A stretch of DNA of 64,000 nucleotides from Octopus vulgaris (GCA_951406725.2 OX597819.1:85994001-86058000); one strand, 5' to 3'. Positions 1-13,674 are shown, counted from the stretch's first letter. Made by a program: numbers and translations. The notes: generated from the letters alone by a model not told the origin.

Positions 1-1902
1 AATAGTACAGCTGCGGCCAAAGTAAAACGAAAAGATTGATCACTTCAAATCAGGAACGATACCAATACAGGCCAAATGGCAAAGTTATAAAACAATGACT
101 GTGATATCACTGACCACTGACATCAGTAGCGCTGGAATGAAAGTAGGAAAATTTGTTCAGTCCATGACAGCGGTGAACCACTGAAGCAAACGGATAACCC
201 CAGCAAAGTGAAAATCAAATTTCCATAATGGGTCCTGGAAATGCCACTGGAAAGGTCATTGTACTTTATCTTCAAGAAAATAAGTTTACTTTTCAAGTAA
301 ATAGGAATATTTAATTCATCCGTCTTTTCTACAATGATATTTGCAAAACAGACTTTCTGTGTGTGAGATACAGAGTACTTTAACACAAAGAATGTGAGAG
401 AAATATACCTCGATGCTATACCCCGAGGATGGATATATTGAATCAATGTATTAAAGATGCAATACTGTTCAGTGTAGATTTTGTTGTCACATCAAGTTTA
501 AATAAAGGAAACATATTTGTGTTAGGATGGAAGAAATAAGAATTTAATCTATTCTGCTCCAAATTAACTGGCATGGGGTAATATTTTTTACAAACACACT
601 AACTACGTACAGACAAAAACGCCTCCCTCTCACACTACATATGTCTGTGTATGTATTTGTGTGTGTGATTGCGTTTGTATATATTTATGTATGTATATAT
701 GTATGCATATATGCATGCAGACATTGGGTGCTCGCACACAACAGAACCTCCATGAACTTGAAAGACCTCAACAAGAAATATCTTTACCAGACTTAGAATC
801 TATATGAATGCCAATGGCGCGTTATAAATGTATGGCATAATATATACATAAAAACTACCATAAACCGAGAAACCAATACAATACTACCTAAACTAGTTTA
901 TCACAACCAGAACAAGAATTTCAATGAAAGACAACTTACTACCGCAATAATACAAAAAACAAAACGTTAGCAGTCAACAAGCACATTAAACTTACTCATC
1001 CATCTTCAGTTGCTAAATGGACCTCCTTATGATTTCCCCAGTTGGGGAGTGCCAGACAGCAAGATAGTGTCAACAGCGTTAAAAATATAACGCTACCTGG
1101 AAATTAATTTACAAGTAGCATAAGCAAAACATTAGCACATTACGTCTATATCTATTTAATGCTTTTCAAACACCTATATCTATTTAATGTTTCAAACGCA
1201 AACAAATCTCAAACATAAATCGTTATGTGCCTATGGCTACAAGCAAAGAAATTAAAATGTAAAATATTGAATACAAAGAAATATCATCAAAATGGACTTT
1301 TCCATAGTAGAAATTCAAATATATAGAACATTAAAGTGAACTACAGTACTAAATGTGTAAACAAAGCACATTGAAAATAGTCGAAAACAGGTTGCCAATA
1401 CATAAAACGGAAAATAATAATAATCTAACAATCTGTGTAAAACGTTAAACATATAGATTAATTAGAGATAAACAAAAGATGTGTATTATAAACTATTGCT
1501 ACCAAATAATCTATAATACGTGTTAAGAAGCAAGCAAATATAAACTAAGAGAATAGCACATCAATTTAACTTAGCTGAAGAGTCTCAGGCGTCAATCGCC
1601 TTAAAATAACACGACGCGGAAAATCAGTCAATGTTTACCAATATTTGTTAAATATAAACAGCAACTATAGTAATATTTAAGCTAACATTTCCACTTAATG
1701 AAAAGCATATACGTAATATAAAATTGAGTAAAACAGTCAAATCGTAACGAAAATACTTTCTGACGCTTAATATTTAAAAACATAATTAATACTCACTGAA
1801 TATAAACATATCATTTTAATTGTCTATAACATGGGAATAACTAAGTGTAGAGCTATAACTCGGATTATAGAAAGTATATTTAAGCCAATATTTTCGCCTA
1901 AA

Positions 1903-1952
<50 letters not shown>

Positions 1953-2190
1953 AAATTTACTAATACAATAGCAGCCATAATATGAGTCAGTAAGAACGAG
2001 TGTATTGAGATATTTATTATAGAAGATTAACAAAACGTTGAGACTAGTACTGTTTCTACTTCGTAGATTTTCACCTATCGCGAGGTGTTTTGGAACGTAA
2101 CACCCGCGATAGTCGAGAGTTTACCGGTTTTTTTTAAACAAAAGTGACGTTGTACACAATAGCAGATCTTTATATATGGTAGTCTAAGTT

Positions 2191-2588
2191 AGCGAGCGAG
2201 CAGAATCTTTAGCACGCCGAGCGAAATGCTTACCGGTATTTCGTCTGCCGTTACGTTCTGAGTTCAAATTCCGCCGAGGTCGACTTTGCCTTTCATCCTT
2301 TCGGGGTCGATAAATTAAGTACCAGTTACGCATAGGGGTCGATGTAATCGACTTAATCCGTTTGTCTGTCCTTGTTTCTTCTCTCTGTGCTTAGCTCCTT
2401 GTGGGGAGTAAAGAAATAGGTATTTTGTCCGTATTCACGTTCCGAGTTGAAATTCCGCCGAAGTCGACTTTGCTTTTCATCTTTTCAGGGTCGATAAAAT
2501 AAATATCGTTCGAGTAGTGAGGTCGATGTAATCTACTTACACTCTCCCTGGAAAAATGTTGGTCTTGTGCCAAAATTTGAAACCAATA
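2191..2588 (+). mobile_element. Two tandem tRNA-derived SINE copies (family A, Nin/Deu-domain-like core); second copy 5'-truncated
   Basis: B-box-like GAGTTCAAATTCC followed by the core GCCTTTCATCCTTTCGGGGTCGATAAATTAAGTACCAG, which recurs many times in the window. Confidence 0.8.
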
Positions 2589-2724
2589 TATGACAATCTA
2601 CCCACAAACTGACATTACTTTCAACATTAATTAAAACAAATGAATCTGTAAATCTAGACTAGGTTAAAACTAGAAATTACTTGAATTTTTTCAAAGATCT
2701 CAATATATCTAAATAAGCAACTGT

Positions 2725-3105
2725 TATCTTTTCTATTTTACTTGCTCCAGTATTCAGATCATGGTCATGCTGGGGCACCGCCTTGAAAAATTTAACGGAA
2801 CACATCGATCTCCCTCGTATCTATTTTTAAACCTGAAACTTGCTCAATTGTTTTTTGCCGAACCGCTTATTTACGGGAACGTAAACAAGCCAAAACCGGT
2901 TAACAAGTGGTAGTGATTGGGGGGGGGGGGGACAAATACACATACTCGCACATGCACGTATACGCACACATGCACGCACACACACAAGCGCGCGCGCGAC
3001 GAGTTTCTTTCAGTTTTCCGTCTAACAAATCCACACACAAGGCTTGTGGGAGTATCACGCACTGAGATGGAAACAAAAACCACATGGCTGGTAAGGAGGT
3101 TTCTT
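2725..3105 (-). mobile_element. Degenerate tRNA-derived SINE (family B)
   Basis: Reverse-complement similarity to 11447-11866 (GCCGAACCGCT, TTTCAGTTTTCCGTCTA, internal CA repeat). Confidence 0.7.
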
Positions 3106-3459
3106 ACTAGAAAGTCTGCTAAACATTTAACTAACATTTTTCTAACGTAACCTTGTTTTTCCATAGGCATCTTTTAATACTTTCCAAAAAAATGCACCAA
3201 CCTCATTTATATTCCTAGCTCATCTAATAACCTGACTGTAAAAAACATGTTATAACTTACAATTTGAAGAATTATACATAGTTCCCAGGGTAAGGATATG
3301 AAAACCTTCTATTCGCTTCGACGTCATTTAGCTCTATTTTCTCAAAATACTCGTCATTAGGAATGAAAATATCCAATTATCTGCCATTAAAACTAAGTTG
3401 CTTGACTAAACATATCTTTATTTTCAACCTTTGCTATAAATCATTAAAACTAAATTCAC

Positions 3460-3517
<58 letters not shown>

Positions 3518-3685
3518 TTACATGTAAAGGGATACACTTATCACACATCAAAACGCCATCAATTTATTTCAGTATCCTCTCCGCCTAGGAAATACTTGTG
3601 TTAACGATAAAGCTTATCATCTCCTTTAACCTACTTTCATTCAAACAAGTAAAACCATTATACCGACAATATGGCTACTTCATAA

Positions 3686-3793
3686 CGCGGCGAACTGGCA
3701 GAAACGTTAGAACGCCGGGCGAAATGCTCAGCGGTAATTCGTCTAAAGCTACGTTCTGAGTTCAAATTCCGCCGCGGTCGACTTTGCCTTCAT
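3686..3793 (+). mobile_element. SINE family A, 5' part only
   Basis: GCGGCGAACTGGCAGAAACGTTAG...GAGTTCAAATTCCGCC...GACTTTGCCTT. Confidence 0.75.
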
Positions 3794-3934
3794 TGTCACT
3801 ATTACTTGAAACTCTGACATCAAACTATACTTTGAACCTGCGATTCTGCTCGTCTAGTTTATACAACTGCATCATATTCATTTAAAATTTATCATTATAG
3901 AGAAATAGATAACATAAAATTATTTACATTAATA

Positions 3935-5213
3935 CGAGGGGCGTTCAATAAGTAATGCCCCTGACCCACTTCCCATAGCACTAGAGCAACGAAACTTGTC
4001 ACAGTTATTAGTCTTTTTCTACATAGGAACCACCCAGTGTTACGCATTTCTCCCATCGTTTGATGCAGCTCTGGAGACCGGTTTTGTAGAAGACCCCAGC
4101 TTGGTCCTCCAACCACGACGTGACTTCAGAAATCAAGGCTGCATCATCTGGGAAACGCTTTCCTTTCAAAAACAACATCATGGCTGGGAAGATGTGAAAA
4201 TCAGAGGGTGCAAGATCAGGAGAGTAGGGGGATGGGGGAGGAGTTCATAGCCGCGCGCCTCTGCTTCTGATCTGGTGACACGCGAGTTGTGGACCGTAGC
4301 GTTGTTCTGCAGGAGGAAGATGCCTTTGCTGATCTTGCCCAGCCTCTTGATTTTGATAGCTTCTCTTAATTTCCTCAAAAGTGAAGCATAATAGGCTCCT
4401 GTAATTGTGGTACCCTTTGCCAGGAAATCTGTCATCACTACACCGTCCTGGTCCCAGAAGACTGTGAGCATGACCTTGCCAGCGGAGGGCTGCACCCTTG
4501 CCTTCTTTGGAGGAGGTGAGTCACGGTGCTTCTACTGCATTGACTGGGCTTTGGTCTCTGGATCATAGTGATGGACCCAGGTTTCATCCTGTGTAATCAG
4601 ACTTTTGAAAAATTTTGACTCATCTTCTTGGCACATCTCCAATTCATCCTCGAGCACTCGACGCGTTCTTGCTTCTGGAAAGGTGTGAGCAGCCTGGGAC
4701 TCCTTTTTTGCATATGCAAATGGTCATGAATGATAGTTTCCACAGACCCGGTACTCTTCTTGACCTCATGGGCTATTTGGCGAATAGTTATGCGTCGATC
4801 TTCCAAAATGGCAGCCTCAACCTGACGGACAGATGCCTCATCAATGGCAGAAGGGGGGCGACCAGATCTGGGAGCTGTTTCAACAGAGTTCCGACCATGT
4901 TTGAATTCACGATGCCAGCGTTTTACAAGGTCATATGATGGAGCATCATCACCATAAGTTACTTTCATTTCATCAAAAGTCTCCCGTGGTGTGCGTCCTT
5001 TCAAATACAAAAACCGGATCACTGCTCGACACTCAACAGGCTCCATTTCACACTTGACTCAGTTCAAACACCTGTAAATCAGAAACCACAATTAGTTCAG
5101 AGCTGTAATTTGTCACTCCATCTATAGAGATATAAATAATTGCACATGCAAAATGTCAGCTAGATAAAACAACTGCAAGTGGGTCAAGGGCATTACTTAT
5201 TGAACGTCCCTCG
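3935..5213 (-). mobile_element. Full-length mariner transposon (irritans-subfamily-like) with TA TSD
   Basis: TIRs CGAGGGGCGTTCAATAAGTAATGCCCCTGACCCACT / AGTGGGTCAAGGGCATTACTTATTGAACGTCCCTCG; TA at 3933-3934 and 5214-5215; ~1.28 kb. Confidence 0.95.
3990..5046 (-). pseudogene. Mariner DD34D transposase, frameshifted
   Basis: MEPVECRAVIRFL...PRSGRP HTH region, DETWVHHYDPETK, SAGKVMLTVFWD and YSPDLAPSDF motifs split across frames; 3' end approximate. Confidence 0.93.
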
Positions 5214-6641
5214 TAACAGCGATTAAACAATTTTTATCAAATAGCATTTTCTTCATATTTATTTCATATAAAATATGCATTTCAGTTATATTAAAATGAT
5301 AAGTTATTAGAAATGTATAGTATTATGTAAATCATTGTTTTAAAATGATTGATGTAAGAGCATGAAAAAAAGATTATTTCTTCTGAGAATACTAAATTGT
5401 TGAGTTTAGGCGAATATAATTTCATATACCAAAACAATAAAAGTTTATCTAATAATTGAACTTATAATAATTACAGGAATAAATAAGAAAGCAATCTTGT
5501 AAAGTCGGTTTGGTTGGTATGTTCAGAGGATGTTTTAAGTAGGAAACAATTCCAAACACTGTCGATGCACTAAGTCTGTTGACACACAGTATTATGTCTG
5601 CAGCTATAGGCAATATTTTAATGAGAACTATTGTGACTATACACTCATATCGTTCAGCTAATGATATTTCTTGTTCCAGGACTTTGCCAAGATATAGAAT
5701 TCGCATTACTGATCAAGAGCTTATAGTAAAATGCACTTTCAGAAAATTGGTCTATTTGAGAAAGAGATTTAAAAAAAATATTTGTCGAAGTTCTGTAGTA
5801 AGTCAATAATTCTCTACTTCTATTTTCTTTCCGCTGATAAATAACTTGTACATTCAACACTGACTGTACCTATAGCACCAAACAAACCTGCTAACGTACA
5901 GCAGCAAATATATAGAGTAAGTTCTTAAAGTTTGTCAGTTTCTGTTAGTTGCAACTGTCGTTTGAGTAGAATGTTTTGTTTGATTTACAAACTTTGATGT
6001 GTTGGTTTTATCATGGTTTTAAAAATAATGAAGTGAGAGTGATTTAGATCATGCTTAAGAAATATTTATTATCAGGTATCGAAATCATCTCTCCTAATCG
6101 GAAATTGTGCCGCCAACGGTAGAATTGACCTCCTCGGACCTGGAGGATGAAGAACCGTTAGTCTTTTATAGAGGTGGAAAAGATGGTGGAAGAATACTAC
6201 GAGGGAGTACCTTTGGCCTTCACACGGGATCCCGAATAGCCTCCGCATATAGCTGTGGAGGTCATAACGTTGCGCGTGTAACATAGGCTGGAGTGAATAA
6301 AAGAGGAATATCGTTCGTGGCCAGGTGATGCCAACTCGGAGTCCGCCTTGATTTTAAAGCATGGGCGATGGTAGAGTACACGGACACAAGCGATGATGAG
6401 GTGGAAAATTGACAAGAGGTTGAAAAGCCTCAGTGTTATAAAGTGTAAGAGATTCAGCACCTCATTTGTAAATGGACTAGTGTTGATTGTATATTGAATA
6501 TTTTATTGTATGTTATTGCATGTTATTATTTGTAATGGACAATTAAGTCCAATAATTGTAAAAACAGTCGGCCTGAATCTAGGTTGGAACAGACTGGCCA
6601 GCTGATTATCATCGAGACCAAGGGCTTCCCCCAAGGTATCG

Positions 6642-9071
6642 TCACAAGTGCCTCAACCTCAGCGCGTGCCTGTGCATCATCAGCCCACCCTTTAACTGTT
6701 GTTGGCAGCAAATAGAACGTCTCACAAGCGGTTTCGAGACCTTCAACAAGAAGCGGAAGAGCTGTCTTTTCAGCTTCATCAACCACGAATCAGGGCAGGA
6801 AACGGCGGTTAGGCGGTATGTTATGACCGATGCGATGAACACATTGGCCACCTCCAACCTCCCTCTCAGGCATAGCAACCGCCAAGACCTGGTCTTGACT
6901 AAGCGGGCCACCCTGCTCGCTACCTCGGCCCAGTTTTTCTCTATTTGGAGGCCTGGTCCAAACCAGACTCCGAGCAACTTAATCGGACCCTCCGTCCAAC
7001 GTCCCACGACGCTGTCAGGAGGTATCGACGTGTCTTTCCAGGTGCCGAGCTGCAAGCCGCCTGACTATTCATGATTAACCTCTGCGCCTGCTACCGTCTC
7101 GATGTTGAGATAAATTTCAAGGATCCACCTAAGGAGCCAAGACCCAGGCCGAACTGTGTCAGAACGGACACCAGGTAAAGATGGTCAACTCTATCAAAAG
7201 CCTTTGATTGGTGTAAATGGACCACTGCCCCTCCCTTGCTAGAATCATTATTAAACCCCTCTACGGTGTACAGAAGATGGAGATTATCCTGAATGGTTCT
7301 ACTGAGAACGGCACATGCATGTGCCTTCCCAATCAAGCCATCCACGACACACGCCAGTCTTTTCGATAACACTTTGGCCCAAATCTTCAGCTCTGTGTTT
7401 AGCAGAGTGATGGGCCGAAAATTATCAATGCAATTATCAATCTCGGAATTGCCAGTTCGCGTAGACATCCGCCAGCAGGTGCCCGAACAAGTCTGGCATA
7501 CTCTTATACAGTTCATAGGATAAATTATCCAGTCCTGGCGCCCTACCTGTGACGTAATCTGCCATAGCCTCAATTACCTCCTCAGGTGTGATCGGCCCTT
7601 TACAACACTCCACATCCTGCCCCGAGAGGCGCAGCAGCCCGGCGAAGAAGTCCGTTAGGTCCCTCCTACTGTCTGCACTCCTCCGAAAAACTGGGCAATT
7701 TGCTCCTGCAAGTCCTCACACATCTCCTGGGCATTGTCTATCAACTTACTTCCTTGATTCGTCAAAGATCGAATTGTGCCATCGTTGCCAAGTTGGGCTT
7801 CCATCACTCAGACCCATTCTGCGGCCTTGATTCATTCACAACCCATTATACGAATCCTAGTTCTGACAATACAACCCATATGTTGGGCTTTGAGGTGCTA
7901 ATTTAACGCCAGTCTCTTGGCCGTCACCTGACCTGCAGAGCCAGATTCCATTACTTCCTCTAAGTCAAGCTAATGATAATCCCTTCCTAGTCTCTCTAGC
8001 CACTAACCCTATGCTATATCTAATAGACACAAATTTAATGGCTTGCTTGAGGGCATACCGCCATTTGTTATTAATAATGGATCCGGTTAATGCCCTCTGA
8101 ATCAATTACTTAATCCGGTCTCTGTACTCCTTAATCGCCAAAAGGGAGGTATTAAGTTTCCAGTAGCCGGACCCCCTATTATATAACTTATCTATGTCGA
8201 GCGTACAGGTGATCACTGTAGCTGAGCGGAAAAAAACTATGGACACCTAACAATATCCTTATCTGCTTTCCTAACTAACACCCTATCTAGGTATGACCTG
8301 GATGATCCATCGCTGTTTGACCATGTCCACAATGGCGCGTTCGGAATTTCCAGCCTATAAGTATCTACTAGCTCAAAGCGGCTTAGCAGTTCCAGGAAGC
8401 AAGGATTACCTCTTCTATCAGAACACAAGCCAGCATAATCTACGCGTGTGTTGCAGAATTTGTTATAATCTCCTAGCACAACTAGAGAATGTGATGTACT
8501 GAGAAACTTCTCCAGGTTCCGAAAATATCCACTTTGCCCGTTTTCAGTGGGTGCATAAATTGCAACCAGTCTGATAATCTTACCACGGCTGAGCCTCAGG
8601 TGCACGCCGAGCAGCCTACCTTCTGGATCTGAAAAAAATAATTTTTCTCAGAAACCTGGTTTCTTTTTAACAGTATCAACACCCCACTCCCGCCAGTAGG
8701 ACAGCCCGGAGAGAAAAACTCTCGTAGCCATCAAATAGCAGGAGATCTCTTGACCTCCTTAACCGGGTTTCCCTAGAAACAATGACATCCAAATCACGCG
8801 ACTTGATGTCATTAAGGAAGCGACCTTGCTTCCAGCTTGACATCAGGCCACGCACATTCAAACAACCTACATGAATACAAGCCATCTACTTATCTTGGCA
8901 TCTTGTAACCGTCAAACAGCGGAGAAGATCTCTTGGGCCCTTCAACCGGGTTTCTGTAGCAACAACATCTAAATCCCGTGACCTGACGTCATTTAAGAGG
9001 CATTCTTGCTCCCAACTAGACGTTAGGCCACGCACATTTATACATCCAACGTGAATGCTTGACATGGACAT
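6642..9071 (-). pseudogene. LINE ORF2 (apurinic-like endonuclease + reverse transcriptase), disrupted
   Basis: VGCINVRGL, ETRL, LVAIYAP, VVLGDYN, SYLDRVLV, GYWKLN, NFRPITLLNTELKI, SKAFDRVDH, IKLLGVWF motifs. Confidence 0.9.
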
Positions 9072-9079
9072 ACCTTAGT

Positions 9080-10653
9080 CAGTGGTACTCTCTTTTTCAC
9101 TGGTTCTTGGGGTGGTATTCTGACATAGGTCCTTGTACATCGACTTGTTAAAATCAAGTCTTGGAGGAGCCATGTCAGTTGGGTATTAGTTTTTAAGATG
9201 TTATAGTTCATTTTATCTATTTTATAAATGGCAATATTTTCTGGAGTCTTACGGTGATGCTTGTAAATTGACGGCGTTGATATTTGCCTTAATTGTTTTT
9301 CAATTGTTCGTTATCATTGTTTATTGCAGTCATTATTTCCTTATATTCATTAGATTTTCTTGGACCTGATATCGTGGACAGATTGCCTGGGCTTGGAGAG
9401 TGGAGTGTGATGTGTGAGAGAGGAGGGAAATCCGAACTAGAGGAGCAAGTGGGGGACTTATCGCCGAGGGGAGGTGTGAATAGGATAGCGAGTAATCTTA
9501 TATCGTTGACTTTTGGAGGGAATAGTGGTGGGGTGGTGTAATTTTTCTTTGAGTGTCCCGGGGTTTTCTTTTAATTGTTGCAAGTTTAGGTTCGTTGTAA
9601 TTATTTTTCCTTTTTTTTTTGCTCTTACTACCGACCAACCGTCTTTTTCTCCGGCTTGTTGAACACCATCAGTGCCGGGGTTCTGCTGGTCGGTCTTTTG
9701 GTTTTGTTCTTTTTTCCTCTTCCTCTTTCTCCTTGCGGTTTACCCGAATGTGGCCTTTTGCACCACATTCGGAGCATCTGGGTTTGCTGCCCCCATCATT
9801 TAACCGCAAGTTGGTTTCTTCTCTGGTGTGGATGTTCTCAGCAATTTCTTTTTATGTCTGAGGGGCCGTTTGGATTATGATCTCAAGCCCTTGACCTCGC
9901 CAGTTCTGTTGTTGTATTCTGGAAGCTACAAGAATCTTGATTTGATCCTCAAATCCCATTAGAAGGGCTGAGATAATCCAGATGACATTTATTTCTGGAA
10001 GGATTTCCCCAATAACTATTTTGGGTGTTCTCCTACCCATATAAGTTGGTAATGAAATGACTTCATTGGTTTTTTATCGGTTGGGGCGAGTGTTTTATTG
10101 CATTTTCCTCATTTTTGAAGTACGCCACTACTGTGGCGTATCTTCTCCCACAGGTCAAGATCTCAATGTCTTGCCAGATGGGTTGTAGACATTTCTCGAT
10201 TTATTCTTTTGATGCCTCGTCTATTTTTTGTCTTTTATTATCATTGTCTTATATGTTATTATTTTTCTCTTTGTTTCTTCGATAAGTTCGTTAGGGAGGG
10301 TGGCTTTAACATCAAAACCTTCCCTTTCGAACATACATCTGTGTTGTCGCAGTGAATCTAGCTCTATGTTCAATTTATCTTTTCTCACACCATCTGCGGT
10401 AGTAAAATTAATCTTCTCTTTGTTGCCTTGTGTTGGGTTTATTTTTCCGTTATACATTTTATCGTTTTCAGCATTTATTTTCTCCTTCTTCGTTCCTTTT
10501 TCCGTTTACTGCATTTATGTGGTTTTCGTTTACATTTTCGTTCATTTTGTCTTGTTTTACAGTTGCTTTTTGGTTAGCTTGGTCAGGGTTAGAAGACTTG
10601 TCCTCCGAATTCATTATCACAAAAATATATATTTTCTCATATATTTTTTCCAA
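9080..10653 (-). pseudogene. LINE ORF1 (RRM-like region + zinc knuckle), disrupted
   Basis: GRRTPKIVIGEILPEINVIWIISALL..., then KPRCSECGAKGHIRVNR (CCHC knuckle with last Cys lost) near 9735-9780; several stops and frameshifts. Confidence 0.7.
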
Positions 10654-11446
10654 AATTTATTTCAAAAAATATTTTCCCCTCCGTAAGGAGGGGAACAACA
10701 GTCCACAACGTCTGTTAAAACAGAACGTAGAACAATAAGAAAAATTCAAAGTTTAACAATAAATGGCAACAATAACAATAAATAATAACGATTACTAACC
10801 AAATTCTTGCCAAGATAAATAAACCGCAGCGTGCTAACGTTTGTGCCAGCTCGCCGCCTTAAGAGATAAATTAATGTGATATTAATCTAACCTAAAGAAT
10901 TTTAAGTGCTGTGCTATAATGTTTTTGTTTCCCGCAGAGCACCCGTATTCGCATATTAAATATTCATTTCTAGCCTCGGCAAATACAAATTTGAAGGAAT
11001 AACGCAGTGAAAGAAGTCAATGTGTTACACAACGGCATGAGGCAGGATTTGAATTTGAATAAGAAAACAACTAATATTTGAAATGATACTGCACTGACTG
11101 GACATTGAAATTACATTGTAGATTCAAATTGCTATATGTAAATCTCTTTCCACGTAAAACTATTTGTGCAAATCATTCAGCTCATGTATTGTTACGCGTA
11201 TGCAGTAGTGAACATTAAAATATCACCCCATAAAAATCACTTTCACTTTTACCTCATTAAAGCGATTTCGTATTTTTGCTTAAGGAAAAAAAAAAAAAAG
11301 GTTATTTCTAAAGGGAAAAAAGGGTATTTCTAACCAAGTTCATACTTTCGCTCTGAATTGATAACCAAGTGCCGTTATTTTTTATTTAAAAAATATTACG
11401 GATAGTAAAACAAATACCAGGATTTGTTCAAAAGATTTCAGATATT

Positions 11447-11866
11447 GGCGCAGGAGTGGCTGTGTGGTAAGTAGCTTGCTAACCAACCACATGGTTCCGG
11501 GTTCTGTCCCACTGCGTGGCATCTTGGGCAAGTGTCTTCTGCTATGGCCTCAGGCCGACCAAAGCCTTGTGAGTGGATTTGGTAGACGGAAACTGAAAGA
11601 AGCCTGTCGTATATATGTATGTATATATATATATGTATGTGTGTGTATATGTTTGTGTGTCTGTGTTTGTCCCTCTAGCATTGTTTGACAACCGGTGCTG
11701 GTATGTTTACGTCCCCGTCACTTAGCGGTTCGGCAAAAGAGACCGATAGAATAAGTACTGGGCTTATAAAGAATAAGTCTCAGGATCGATTTGCTCGACC
11801 AAAGCCGGTGCTCCAGCATGGCGCAGTCAAATGACTGAAACAAGTAAAAGAATAAAAGAGTAAAGA
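11447..11866 (+). mobile_element. tRNA-derived SINE (family B), near full length
   Basis: GGCGCAGGAGTGGCTGTGTGGT A-box-like head, GGTTC..TCCC B-box-like motif, internal TA/TG microsatellite, AAAGAGT-type tail; matches 51110-51515 in reverse. Confidence 0.85.
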
Positions 11867-12319
11867 GTATATGATAGAAAAATATGTGTATATTGTTACT
11901 GTCTTTTTTTAATCCAACCAGATTAAATTGACGTGCTTTCGCTCTTTCTATTTCATTTCCCCCTTACTGTATATTTGCTGGTGTACCGTGAGCATATTTT
12001 CTGGTGCATCAGTGAGTGTGCGAAATACTAGCGTGTGAAATATTTCACAACGCTTTTTCAGTATTTGGAGTTCCGAGGACCAGAAATGTATTGGATGAAT
12101 TTTGAGGCAAAATAACCCGTTTGGGAGTATATCAATCTTGACATTTTACCAACACAGAGAAATGTTTTACGGAACACAGTCGTGACGTTTTTAGTATTAA
12201 CACGTATGTAATTATATATATATGTATAGGGGCCAATAAATTAAGTACCAGTTACGCACTGGGGTCGATGTAATCGACTCAATCCCTTTGTCCTTGTTTG
12301 TTCCCTCTGTGTGGTAAAG

Positions 12320-12382
<63 letters not shown>

Positions 12383-12765
12383 CTGCTAAAACGGACAGGT
12401 CAGTAAACAACCTCGCCACTACATTAATGTCAATCTTAATGTAAATTTTTTTGAATTCATAATATTCTGTACTGAACTTTTTTTGATAATTCCTCCTGGA
12501 ACTTACCCTGAGAGGTATAATATATTTGTTTTAATCTTTTCTGCCCATTTTTTCAAATATTCTCATCATACTGTTGTACTTTTTTATGTCCTTAACATGT
12601 CCCTGTTACCAAAGACTGTATATATACATGTAATGTGGCAATTTGCAACAACCAATAATTAACGCAACCAAACTTCCATATGTTACTTTTGACAATCTTT
12701 TTCCAAAGAGTGAAACCGGTTAAGTAAATAAACATCTTTTAAATTGCATTTTCAAACCTTCTTTC

Positions 12766-12807
<42 letters not shown>

Positions 12808-12809
<2 letters not shown>

Positions 12810-13098
12810 TTAGGGCAGTGGACTTGCGGTCGTAGGATCGCGGTTTCGATTCTCAGACCGGGCGTTATGAGTGTTTTTTGAGCGAAAACACCTAAAGCTC
12901 CACGAGACTCCGGCAGTGGGTGGTGGCGATCCCTGCTGTACTATTTCGCCACAATGTTCTCTCACTCTTTCTTCTGTAGGCCTGCTCGCTTGACCGGCGG
13001 GGTGGCGTCATTTGAAGGCTAAAACAATGCGAGGCGCATTGTGACCAGAGATGTGTAGCAACATCTGATAGCCTGGTCGGTCACGTGATCCCGTGATA
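12808..13098 (+). mobile_element. tRNA-derived SINE (family C)
   Basis: tRNA-like head GGTTAGGGCAGTGGACTTGCGGTCGTAGGATCGCGGTTTCGATTC; GC-rich body ending GGTCACGTGATCCCGTGAT; follows (TA)n. Confidence 0.7.
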
Positions 13099-13600
13099 TA
13101 TAATGTGTGTGTCTGTGATTTATATGCAAATCTATATAAGTATATGTATATGTACGTGCATCAATATATCTATCTCTGATATATAAAATATATTTGTGAC
13201 AGAAAATAGAATTCACGCGAGTCTTTAATTAGAACCATTAGGATCATTCCGACTCACCATGCAACCATACTTTACAGATGAAATGCTGTGCAATTAACTG
13301 TAACGCATCATAGCTGCAGATGCATCCCCTTAGGTGACATTTCAAAAGAACCCCGTTTTTGATTTTCTGATTTGCTTATTTGTATGATAAACTGAGATAT
13401 AATGATAAACATCTTTTTCTCATATAATAAAATAAAGTATACAAGGATAAAATAATAAGGAATCAAAATATGAAATAAATAAAATAAAATAAAATAGAAT
13501 ACACCGATTATAAGACAGAGTTAAATAAAAACCAAATATATGTGCGATTAGAATAGAATAGACCTTTACATTTCATCAAAACAGATAAGTTATATTTGAA

Positions 13601-13674
<74 letters not shown>

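Larger units (their letters stand above)
6580..10740 (-). mobile_element. Decayed Tx1/L1-like non-LTR retrotransposon (ORF1 + APE/RT ORF2), 3'-deleted
   Basis: ORF1 remnant followed by endonuclease and RT remnants on the same strand; boundaries approximate. Confidence 0.85.

Noticed and set aside
123-446. 107-aa minus-strand ORF
   Set aside because: No recognisable domain or convincing splice context
720-1780. Possible Penelope-like relic
   Set aside because: A-rich, coding-like texture but too degraded for motif support
6070-6580. GC-richer block as the 3' end of the adjacent LINE
   Set aside because: No ORF2 C-terminal motifs on the minus strand; identity unresolved
12808-12880. tRNA gene
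   Set aside because: 5'-incomplete cloverleaf continuing into a SINE body; the tRNA-like heads of families A and B were rejected likewise
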